NCBI RefSeq assembly: GCF_963921235.1
Contig: NC_086108.1
Location: forward strand, 37,202,001 to 37,266,000
Direction of reading: 5' to 3'
Length of the DNA stretch: 64,000 nucleotides
Source: Mobula hypostoma
Lineage: Eukaryota
The stretch's first letter is position 1. Every line of letters begins with the position of its first letter. The translations under genes and the position numbers were made by a program. A model generated the notes under the pieces. The model saw nothing but the letters and a program-made list of their open reading frames with translations. It had not been told where the DNA came from and did not search any database. Shown piece after piece: positions 12,545-24,102 of this stretch.

Positions 12545-13880
12545 CCCCCTGGTGATCAGACTTCAGAACATCCACCCCTCTCCTCAGGCAGCATCTGACA
12601 ATCCAGGGTGATCTAGGTGGTGATAGTGGAAGTCTTGGATCAGGTCCAGGTTAAAGATGTCATTGGATAGAATCTACGACCTTTCCTCTGGACCGTTACC
12701 TTCCCAATCCAGCAAGTAGTGGAGTGGCAATGGACTGGATGGGTGTCCAGAAGCCGACAAAAGGTGAGCACCAGCTGACTGTCAATGATGCGGGGAGCTG
12801 GAGACCTTTTCGGGACTGAAGCCAGCAGACTGCACGGAAGGGATTTTAGGTGGGAAAGATAGAAGGTAGGACTGATACACGTGGTATGTGGGCAACTGGA
12901 GATGTCTGAGGCATCTTCTTCAATGACAACTGCCAGCTCTGAGTCAGGAATAAACAAGGACATTGTAACGTGACTTCAATTCCTGGAAATCTACCTTGTT
13001 GTCTGGTGAAATGGGACAGAGGTTCCCCTAGTCAGAGCAGTAGAGGGTGCTGCAAAGAAGCTAAAGTTGTGGATGAACCTCTAGTAAAAATTAATGAACC
13101 CCAGAAACCGCTAAAGCTGCTTGTTGTGGTGGGATGTGGCCAATCCCTGAGTCTTGTCTTGATAGGGTCCATCTGCAGATTCCCTTTAGTGACAGTAAAC
13201 ATGAGGATGAAGACTGTGGTTATGTGAACTCACTGTTCTCCAGTTTGACGAATATTTGGTTCCAGAGTAAGAGTTGAAGGACCTGTCAAACAGCTTTCGC
13301 CTGCCAGTGTGGGTGTTGTGATCCTTTTCCTACTAAAAACCTCCAGCAGATCTGCACACTCAGAATAAATTCTGGACAGCTGGGGAGAGATGGGTAGGCA
13401 GGCAGCCTGGAAGCGGGAAGACCATCTGTGGAGTACACTGGTGGACCAGTCAATTTGTAGGTTGTAGAGGGCTAACCAGGGGTGTCCTAAGATCAACAGG
13501 AGCTCAAGAGAATGAATAAGGTGGAACTGGATAGTCTCAGTATACTGTTCTATATGTTAGACAAATAGGAGCAGTGAGGTGGCAGATCCTCCCATGGCCC
13601 ACAGGTCTTCTGTCCAGAGCCATGGCCATAACAGTTGCTTGAGGTGGACCAGGGAAACTCGGAGATCTCTTGCTAACCTGAGGTCCATGAAATTGCCTTC
13701 TTTTGCCAGAATCCACAAAGGCTCCAAGGACATGTTCTTCACATCCAGGCGATGGAAGTAGATAGCACGACCCCAAATTAAATATAATCTCCTCCTCACT
13801 CTGGTCCCCAGGACTGTACCTCATCGGGACTACATTATCGGAGTAGAGTAAGCAATCCGTAAACTCCCACCGGATACCTT
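12545..13880 (-). mobile_element. Heavily deleted Tf1/sushi-like Gypsy remnant
   Basis: Minus-strand motifs LGAFVDSG (protease), LGHPWLALYN, RFLGFINFY (RT thumb), and PAPRIIDSQLVLTFCRLLD (chromodomain start). Confidence 0.7.
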
Positions 13881-13899
13881 GGAGGAAGTAAAGATAGAG

Positions 13900-14995
13900 G
13901 TCTACATAGACTACTATGAACAATTGGACGGCATGGCCATGGGATTGCCCTTGTCACTGGCTACTGCTAATTTCTACATAGAGGACTTTGAGTTCATTGT
14001 CCTTACACCCCAAATGTTTCTTCAGATACATCATAATGTGGCCTCATGGACTCCAGGCACTCCAACAGTTCCATAACCATCTGAACAGTGTACATCCAAA
14101 CATTCAATTTACAATGGAGATAAAGGAGAATGGTTGCCTCCCGTTCCTGGTCATTCTAATATGACACAAACCAGATACTAGCCTCGGACATGGGCTTATA
14201 CCTCAACGGTAACAGCCATTATCATACCTCCCAACGTGCTTTGATTAACCGTGCAAATACTATTTCAGATCTGGAGAGTCTCCCCAAGGACTACAAGTTG
14301 AAGGAAATCAGTTGGGCCCTTAAAAGGGCCAACAGGAAAACCAGAAAACCAAAGAACAAGGAGGAACCCATTGCTATCACCTGTCTTCCCTATATTTACA
14401 TGGTTTCTAGAAGGATCACCAGGATCCTGAAGAAAAGCCGGTTTAATACCATTCACAAACCTGTAAGGAAGCTCAAATCACAGGTTAGGCAGGTCGACTG
14501 GCATCTACAGGATTCCCGTTAATGTGGACAGTATATATCGGCCAGACAGGACACAGAGCAGAAACACAGCACAAGGAGCACAGGAGGTGTATCCTTTTGT
14601 GTTACCCAGAGAAATCAGCGGCAGCAGAACACTACATTCGTAATGGCCATAAGATTGACTTTGACAGCACAAATCTACTGTGCCATGCCAATGGCTTTTG
14701 GGACTGCCTAGTAAAGGAAGCAATTGAAGTAAAACCAGGGGGAAAGAATTTTAACAAAGACGAAGGTCTCACTCTAAATAAGAACTGAATTAGATTGTAA
14801 ACAAGGTGGGAGAGCAGAAACCTGATTGGATGATGACTAACAAATCAGGAGGGATGGAGTATAGGGGTATAATTACCACTGAACTAGACATACCCAGGCA
14901 TCATTCCTGAAGAAAGCGACAGAGTTTGTGATTGAAACATTGGTTATAATTGATACCTGTACCCAGTTGGCAGTCCGAGAAGAGTTTATTCATAA
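13900..14995 (+). mobile_element. Penelope-like element 3' part (RT C-terminus plus GIY-YIG endonuclease), degraded
   Basis: YYEQLDGMAMGLPLS; HLNSVHPNIQFTMEIKENGCLPFL; VYIGQTGHRAETQHKEH..SAAAEH..GHKIDFD; terminal hammerhead remnant. Confidence 0.88.
14900..14945 (+). ncRNA. Degenerate minimal hammerhead ribozyme in PLE terminus
   Basis: CTGAAGA (14907-14913)...GAAAC (14934-14938) followed by ATT; consistent with GTC lost by CpG decay (ACGTCG to ACATTG). Confidence 0.55.
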
Positions 14996-16789
14996 TCTCC
15001 TCTGCCTGTAAACCTTTTCTTCTAATTTCAGAAGGAATTATAAGATAGCGAATGCAAAACAAGGAAGAAAATAAGCACCATTTTGACAAAAATAATCAGT
15101 TTGGTTGAATATTTTAGGCAATTTTGTCCATCTTTTATTGTTACCAAGTAAAAATTTTCACTTTTTTAAGGACTTTTTTAAAATTTATTTTTAATTCAGG
15201 AACTGCTCTTCTCAGTTCTGCTTCTTTGTTTAATTAAAGCAATTCAAAACTCAAAGTAAAGTTTGCAGTTAGCAAATAACATTGCTGCTATTAATCACTT
15301 CAAAGAAGGTTTTCTTTCTTGTTACAAAATTTGAGATTGTTCATCATCACATACTCAGTTCGAAATGGATTGCCTGACATAGTGTTGCTTGGTGACAGAA
15401 GTTTAAGTGACTTTCATCAGATGAACAATATACTTTGTTGTAGATTTTCTCACTCCTGACATATTAGAATCTTGCAAAATGATGACCCAATATGTGATTA
15501 ATTTTCTAGCGGCTCATTATACTTCTTTCTGCATCGTTTTCATTATGTGATTTGACTGCATTACATATTTGCCTTATACTTCATCTTCAATTTCATTGCC
15601 CTGCTTCGGTTCTCTGAACTTACATGTTCTGAAAAGTGCAAATTCAGCTGCTGTGGGAAGTGAAGATAATTAGTATTTCTTCAGCGTCGCAAAGGATGAA
15701 TCCTTCACATTAATTATTTTATTTCCATTTGAAGCTGAAACTGCTTTATCACCCAGTCTCATGAAGTAAAGCTTTGTTGACAGGGATGTGGAGCACACTA
15801 CTTTCAGAACAGTTACTGTGCACCACTCACGGAATGTCAACCTTTAAAGACACACACCCAAAGGCAGCCAATGGGAGAGGACTGAGGGAAGTCGGGTGGA
15901 GGATGTGTGGAGTGAGAGGTGGGGAAGAAGCCCATAGCGGAGCTTGTCAGTGGGATTCATACCTGGAGGAACCTCTTGTGCATTAAGGTGAGGCAGGGGA
16001 CATTAGATCACTGTCAGCTCTAGCAGAAGGTGGTGAAATTATTCCTCTTTGCTGCTCAAAATTTCAGAACCTGACCAGATATGAACTCAATACCAATGTG
16101 ATTACTGCGCTCATATTGATGGTCACACTGACATACACATAATCATAAGCACACGCAAAGTCCCAAGATCCAATCTCAAGTCCACCCATTTGGATTTGCT
16201 AGAAAGCTCATATGTGGCCAAAGTTTGGATTCTGTCCCGAAAAATCTTATAAGAATGCAGGGTGATGTGGTGAGGACAAGGAATCTGGATGAGTTCATGC
16301 TCTCAATGGAGGTGGTTCAGAGTCAGCAGGCGATGAATGACCTGTGCTGGAGATCAGCCTACTGGTTTAGGTGACAACTGCAATGGAGGCACAGGCTGAG
16401 GTTGCATGAAGTCTTTCAGCACCTTCACAGTTTCCCCTGATCCAAATTAATGTTTGCCCTCCGTCATGTGGGACCAGCTTGAAAATCTGAAGGAACAGTA
16501 ACATGTCACCAGTGATCAGCCGGATGTCTCCAGTGAGAGGAGCAATGTTTTTCATGAGCAGATTCCTACTCCTAATGGAAACAGGGGTGCTACGCAGGGG
16601 TGGCCCAAAATGCACTTAGTGTGCGAGGAACTAGCTGTCTTCCACAGCCAGAAGGGTGAAGGATATCAGCAGAAGGCTCCCCTTTGTGAGCTGTGAGGTG
16701 CCATGTGGGAGCAGACCATTTATTTATTTATTTGTTTGTTTGTTTGTTTGTTTGTTTATTTATTTATTTGTTGCTTGCTTGCTGTACAG

Positions 16790-17003
16790 CGTGGAAAAGG
16801 CCCTTCGAGCTGTACCTCACAACAATCACGGGACCATTTACAATGACCGATTAACCTACCAACCAGTATATCTTTGGATTGTGGGGGGAAACCGGAGCAC
16901 CTGGAGGAAACTCACGGGGAGAATATACAAACTCTTTACAGGCAGCAGCAGGCCGCTGGTACCGTAAAGTGCTGTGCTAACCACTACGCTATCATGCTGC
17001 CCC
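16790..17003 (-). mobile_element. tRNA-derived V-domain SINE (HE1-like), partial
   Basis: Minus strand: GGGCAGCATGATAGCGTAGTGGTTAGC head plus V-core TTTCCTCCAGGTGCTCCGGTTTCCCCC. Related copies near 41900-42130 and 50900-51128. (TTTA/TTTG)n at 16718-16772. Confidence 0.65.
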
Positions 17004-18464
17004 TGTGCTGAGTTGTGTAACTTGGCAAGTCATTCCCAACCACAGGAGCAGAGGTTCCCATTGCCACTGGAACTCACACACATCATGAGCAGAGTCTGCT
17101 CAGAGAGCACAGGGAGATGACTCAGATGAGGAAGGTGAAGACCACAGGAAGCAGATAGCAGGCAATTTATTAGTCAGATCTGCTCTAAGTTTGAAGGTTG
17201 AACCAACGGTAGAGCACTGTGACTACCAACAAAATTTGGCACCATTTTCTACCCTGAAATGCTGCCTTGTGTGCACATTCAGGATGTTGGTGATATCTTA
17301 TCCACCCATTATAAACACAGAGGTCCCTTCCCACTCTGACCTAGCAGGTGGTACGTTCACACTGCACCCTACAGATTGTCACCCCAGAGCACTCCTTAAC
17401 TGAGCCATGGGAACCAGTCTGACACCAACCCATCTGAGGCAATTTTTTTTTTGTAGATCATCAAGGACATCTGTGGAAACTCGTAGGGAAAAGAACAGCT
17501 TTTGGAGGCAAGACTGAAGTGACGCAAGGTTATATTGCTCAAGTATGAAGACCCATATATAATGCTGAGAAAGAGGAAGGACACTGGGCTATGAGAGTTC
17601 AAGCCCAATCAATTTTGATTTTTTTTAAATCATTATTTGATTTTATTTGCTGTTGTGAAAGATTTGGAAGACATTAGCATTTATTCGAAAATATTCTTGT
17701 TCGAGGCAAGTCATGTCCTTTATTCTGTGAATATAAGTCACCCTGGTACAGTAGCTGCTTGCATTGCAGTAGATTATGCATCACATAGAAATGCTGCCTT
17801 TGGAGGACTGTTAGTGAAGTCACTCATTGGATGAGTATATCAGAAAATAAGCTTTAGTACACTGTAGACTTTGGAAGGCAACTGAGCAGCCTGCAGAGAA
17901 TATTAAAGCAATGGCTTGGACTCCAGAAAAACTTTAGATGCATCAGCATGAATTGTGCACCAAAGAGCCTAACGCAATTTCCCAAGGATCACTTTTACCC
18001 ACAAATATTGTTTGACTGTTCTATGAATTGTATAACTAGATTGTTGCATGATTTGTATGTTAAAACTGAGCATTATCTAACCCTGGGTTTGATTAATGTT
18101 CTCAGCATCTAGTTGTGTTACTGGTCATCAGTGAGAACAAGTGAAAGTCCTGAGTCTTTCATCAAGAGCTTCCTAGAATTTCTGCTGCAAAGATCCAGGC
18201 CATTCAGCTCGCATTGATGTTTTCTGAGAGCAGAACGGTTTGCCCATGCAATCTTCTTTGAACTGTATTTAACATGCTACTTTTCTCATCCCTCTAAAAA
18301 GGTCATGCTTTGCCATTTGAGTAAATATGCAGATGGAATTGTCAACACAGCTTAGGTGTACAAAATTCGGTTAAACCTCCAGTTCCACTAATGTGGATAC
18401 ATTTTATTTTATTGAAATTGAATTTAATCTTATAACCAGTTTTGCTTCATTTAACAATGACAAA

Positions 18465-20115
18465 GTCCCTTATGGGAGGCTAAGCCAGAAGATTAGGATT
18501 CCATGGGCAAATTAGCTTTTGGATTCAGAACTGGCTTGCACATAGAAGACAGAGGGTAATCGTTGAAGGGACTTATTTGAGCTGGAGGTCTGTAATTAGT
18601 GGAATTCTGCTGGGATCTGCACAGGGACCTCTGCTGTTTGTGATGTATATAAATGACCTGGATAAAAATGTAGATGGGTGGGTTTGTGAGTTTGCAGATG
18701 ATACCATGATCATTGGAGTTGTGGATAATGTAAAAGACTGGCTAAGAATAAAGCACCATATAGATCAGTTGCAGATATGGGCAGAGAAATGGCTGATGGA
18801 GTACAACCTAAATAAATGTGAGGTGTTGCACCTTGGCAGGGCAAATGCAAGGACAAATGCACTACCTCACTTTTTTTGATATACAGTATTTCTGTTCTTG
18901 CACATTAAAAAAAATCTATTCAATATACATAATTGAGTTACTTGTTTATTTATTATTATGTTTTATTTTATTTTATTATTTTTTCTCTCTCTCTGCTAGA
19001 TTATGTATTGCATTGAACTGCTGCTGCTAAGTTAACAAATTTCACGCCACATGCCGGTGATAATAAACCTGATTCTGATTCTGATTCTGACAGTACACTG
19101 CTAAGGGCAAGATCTTTAAAAGTTTTGCTAAGCAGAGAGATCTTGGGGTCCAAGTTCATAGCTCCTTGAAAATGGCTACACAGGGTGTTTAACCATCCTA
19201 TACACAAGGTATAGGTATAGGGTGGTGAACCATCCTATACATAGGGAATAGATATAGGGTGGTTATGAAAGCTTATAGAATGCTTGCTTTCATTAGTTGA
19301 GGCATTCAGTACAAAAGTCAGGATGTTACATTGGAACTTTATAGAACTCTGGTTAGGCTGTTAGTCTTGCGAGACCATGGATCTGCGCCTGGAAAGTCTT
19401 CATTCTCCAGGGCGCAGACCTGGGCAAGGTTGTATGGAATACCAGCCGTTGCCCATGCTGCAAGTCTCCCCTCTCCACGACACTGATGTTGTCCAAGGGA
19501 AGGGCATTAGGACCCATACAGCTTGGCACTAGTGTCGTCGCAGAGCAATGTGTGATTAAGTGCCTTGCTCAATACGTTGCCTCGGCTGGGGCTCGAACTC
19601 ACGACCTTCAGGTCGCTAGTCTAATGCCTTAACCACTTGGCTACATGGTTAGGCCACAACTAGGGTATTGCTTAGTTCTGGTCGCCCCACTATAGGAATG
19701 ATGTTCAGGATTTGGAGAGGCCACAGACGAGGTTTACCAGGACACTGCCTGGTTTAGAGAGTATGTACTATAATGAAAGGCTGGTCAAACTTGGGTTGTT
19801 TTCTCTGGAGTGGTGACGGCTAAGGGAAGATCTGATAGAGGTTTCTAAGATTATGAGAGGCATAGATAGAGCAGACAGGGAGTATCTTTTTCCCCAGAGT
19901 AGAAATATCCAATACTAGAGGACATGAATTGAAGGTGAGAGGGGTTAGATTCAAAGCAGACATGGGGGGATAGGAAAATGGAGGGAAAAAGACATTGCGT
20001 AGGGAGGAGTGATTAGTTTTGGGGTTTTTAAAATTTACTTTCTAGCTGGTTTGGCACAACATTGTGAGCTGAAAGTCCTGTTCCTGTGTTGTACTGTTCT
20101 ATTTTCAATGTTCTA
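18465..20115 (+). mobile_element. CR1 LINE ORF2 3' fragment, interrupted by a Rex-type tail (~18857-19090) and a SINE
   Basis: GPLLFVMYINDL..FADDT..WAEKWLMEYNLNKCEVLHLG; CR1-type 3' end near 20115. Confidence 0.85.
19359..19645 (-). mobile_element. tRNA-head SINE with RTE-like body
   Basis: A-box TAGCCAAGTGG and B-box GAGTTCGAGCC on the minus strand; 9-bp TSD TGGTTAGGC (19350-19358 and 19646-19654). Confidence 0.85.
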
Positions 20116-20649
20116 TGATTAGAGCAAACAAAGGTTTGAGGAAACCAACACTTTCAGAGGCATCTCCTCTTTATAAAGCATAGTGGGAGTGCATTTTACA
20201 TTTTAAAATGATTCCTTCCCGACAAACCAATTACTCTGCTTTTTCTTGCTTATGATGTCTGTTGTTAGATTAAGACAGATGTTTTGAAGCTGTTCCAGCC
20301 CTTGTAATTTAAGGATTGTCTTTATATCACCAGATGCCTTTCCATTTTTCAAAGGAGTATTAAAGCAAGCTTGTACCTTGAGGGCTTTGAAGCACTTCTG
20401 ACATTAGTGTGTTGTATTAATGCTAGTTTGTAGAGCATCATCTGCAGACACTCAGGACAATCCCCTAATGGCATTTGAAACACTTCTGAACTCAAAAAAC
20501 AATTGGAAATAATTTAATGATTAAGGATAAGATTGGAAGTTTACATTAGATATGAATGGCGCAGATCTAAATAAAATACAGACTGTCTAACGGAGTGGAA
20601 ATTCAGCAGTGAATAACTTTACCTTGTCAGGAAATGGATATCTGGAATT

Positions 20650-22645
20650 TAAGACCTTAAGACCAGAAGACAGAGGAGCAGAATTAGGCCATTTGGCCCA
20701 TCAAGTCTGCTCCACCATTCCGTCATGGCTGATCCATTCCCACCCCCCCGCCACCAGACCTCACTCCCCAGGCTTCTCCCTGTAATCTTTGATGCTGTGT
20801 CCAATCAAGAACAAATCAAGCTCTGCCTTAAATGAACCCAATGACCAGGCCTCCACAGCTGCCTGTGGTAATAAATTCCACAAACTCACCACCCTCTGGC
20901 TAAAGACATCTCTCCGCATCTCTGTTTTAAATGGGCACCCCTCTATCCTGAGGCTATGCCTTCTTGTCCTAGACTCCTCCAACATGTGGAAACATCCTTT
21001 CCACATCTACGCTGTCTAGGCCTTTCAACTTTTGAAAGTTTTCAGTGAGAATCCCTTTATCCTTCTAAATTCCAACGAGTACAGCCCAGAGCCATCAAAC
21101 ATTCCTTGTATTTCCTTGTATGATAACCCTTTCATTCTTGGAATCATCCTTGTGAACCTCCTCTGAACCCTCTCCAATGCCAGCACATCTTTTCTAAGAT
21201 GAGGGGCCCAAAACTGTTCACAATACTCAAGGTGAGGCCTCACCAGTGCCTTATAAAGCCTCAGCATCACATCACTGTTCTTGTATTCTGGACCTCTTGA
21301 AATGAATGCTAACATTGCATTTGCCTTCCTCACCACTGACTCAACCTGCGAGTTAACCTTTAGGGTGTTTTGCACAATGACTCCCAAGTCCATTTGCATC
21401 TCAGATTTTTGGATTTTCTCCCCGTTTAGAAAATAGTCTGCACATTTATTTTTACTACCAAAGTGCCTGACCAATGTATGCCATTTTCCACTCTCTTACC
21501 CATTCTCCTAAGCTGTCTAAGTCCTTCTGCAGTCAACCTGTTTCCTCAACACTACCTGCCCTCCATCAATCTTTGTATCATCTGCAAATTCGGCAACAAA
21601 GCCATTTGTTCCATCATCCAAATTATTGATGTACAGCATAAAAAGAAGCGGTCCCAATACCGACCCATGTGGAGCACCACTAGTCACTGGCAGCCAACCA
21701 GAAAAGGATCCTTTTATTCCCACTCGCTGCCTCCTACCAATCAGCCTCTAACCATTCAGTATCTTTCCTGTAATCCATGGATTCTTAACTTGGTAAGCAG
21801 CCTCATGTGTGACACCTCGTCAAAGGCCTTCTGAAAGTCCAAATATACAACATCCACTGCATCCCTTCATCTATCCTATGTGTAATCTCCTCAAAGAATT
21901 CCAATAGGTTCATCCAGCAAGATTTTCCCCGGAGGAAACCATGCTAATTTTGTCCTATTTTGTCCTGTGTCACCAAGTACTCCATAACCTCACCCTTCAC
22001 AGTTGACTTCAACATCTTCCCAATCACTGAGATTAGGCTAACTGGTATATAATTTTTTTTTTCTGATGCCTTCTGCCTTTCTTAAAGAGTGGAATAACGT
22101 TTTCATTTTTCCAGTCCTCTAGCACCATGCCAAAGTCCAATGATTTTTGATAGATCATTAGTAATACCTCCACAATCTCTACAGCTACTTCTTTCAGAAC
22201 CCTAGGGTGCATTATGTACCCTTGGGTCTTTCAGCTTTTTGAGCACCTTCTTCCTTTTAATAGTAAGTGCACTCACTTCTCCTCCCTCGCGCCCTTCAAC
22301 ATCTGGCACACTACTAGTGTCTTCCACAGTGACGACTGATGCAAAATACTCATTTAGTTCATCTGTCATCTCTATAGCCCCTGTTATTATTTCTCCGGCC
22401 TCATTTTCTAGCGGTCCTATATCCACTCTCATCTCCCTTTTATTTTTTTACATACTTGAGAAAGCTTTTACTATCCACTTTGATATTGTTTGCTAGCATG
22501 CTTTCATATATCTTTTCCCTCCTAATGATTCTTTTAGTTGCTCTCTGAAGGGGTTTAAAAGCTTTCCAATCCTCTGTTTTCCCACTGATTGTTGTTTTGT
22601 TGTATGCCCTCTCTTTTGCTTTTACATTAGCTATGACTTCCCCTT
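20650..22645 (-). mobile_element. CR1 LINE ORF2 fragment with 3' end
   Basis: SGAPHGSVLGPLLFMLYINNL..FADDTK; LYKALVRPHLEYCEQFWAP; ELNEYFASV. Confidence 0.9.
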
Positions 22646-23365
22646 TTTTTTTAGACTTAATCTGCAATCCTTCTCAAGACTTCTGCATCAAAGACAACAG
22701 GTTACAACGTTGGGGTCTCCACCATCCATTTTGACTTACATATGTGCTAAATTGGATTCTCATCCCTGTTCTTCTCTCAGTGCTCAAACAGTAGCTGAGA
22801 ATTTCCTTTCAACTTCACTTCTGGAAATACAGTTACTATACTGGCCAAAATTTAACTCAGAACAGATGCGAAAATGAGCCATAGACTTGTCAACATCACC
22901 CACTGGAATATTAAATTGTATGTTAATCAGTTTTCTTGCACACTATGATGATGCAGTGCACTAACAAAAGATGTCTGCTACATGTTGAGTTTGAATTTGC
23001 TCAGACTGAACTTTGAAGAGCAGTTTGAGATTATGTTCAGATGCAAAGTGTATCTTTCTGTCAACTGCAGGAGATCAGTAATTGGAATAAAGAAAGCTTT
23101 CTATGTTACTCACTGAACAACTCAGTTCCCACAAATGGAGTTCTGTTTTCTTTGGCTAGCGAGTAATGTGGTAGCAGTAACATAGACTGAGTTGTCAGCC
23201 CACCCCCGTACTTCAAGCTGAAATGTCTGAGCAGTAGCTCAGTTCACAAAGTGAATGTCTTTGATAAGCTGACTAACAAATTAAATCCTACAGGGTTCTT
23301 ATCTCCGGTGTAACTCTGTGTGCACATCTAGTGGGTGAAAGGATGAAATTACCTCCCTACCTTTT

Positions 23366-24102
23366 CTTTCCTCCCAATATTTTAATTATTAATTTTACAT
23401 ATAAGAATACAGAGTACAAGAGAAAAATATATATCAATACATTAAACTAAATCGCATATAAAGACTCCTTACCCGATATTCATACAGATTAATTAATTTG
23501 TAACATTGAAATATAGTAATTTTATTATATTAAAAGATCTAACCCACTACCAAGACCGAAGCTGATTAGTAAAGAAAAAAAGGAAAAAAAAATTATTAGT
23601 CATCATCTGTGCTTTAACAGCAAATCAAAGGTTTTGAAAATAATTCAAAAAAGGTCCCGACAATGTTTGAAAGTCTTAGCTAGATTCAGAGATTGAACAT
23701 CGAATCTTCTCTAAATTTAAACATGACATCACATCACGTAACCATTGGGGGTGAATAGGAGGGGCCGCATCTTTCCATTTAAGCAAGAGTGTCCTTCTGG
23801 CCATAAGAGACATAAAAGCCAAAATGTGCAAGTCAGATGACCCCAAAATAATAGCCTTTCCTCCATCAACACCAAATAAAGCAGTCAAAGGATTAGGCTT
23901 AAAGTTTACTTTGAAAAGTATCGAGAAAGTTTGAAATACATCTTTCCAATATTTTCTAAGACTCGGACATGTCCAAAACATATGAATGAGTGAAGCTTCT
24001 CCATTATAACATTTATCACAATACAGAGATATATCTAAATAAAAATGAGACAACTTATCCTTGGTCATATGGGCCCTGTGGACCACTTTAAATTGTAGGA
24101 GA
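23366..24102 (-). mobile_element. 5'-truncated L1-clade LINE (ORF2 C-terminal CCHC region plus 3' UTR)
   Basis: CDKCYNGEASLIHMFWTCPSL zinc finger; 11-bp TSD CCCTACCTTTT (23355-23365 and 24103-24113) followed by AA. Confidence 0.88.

Noticed and set aside
19570..19645. tRNA gene
   Set aside because: It is the head of a TSD-flanked SINE and lacks a proper acceptor stem.
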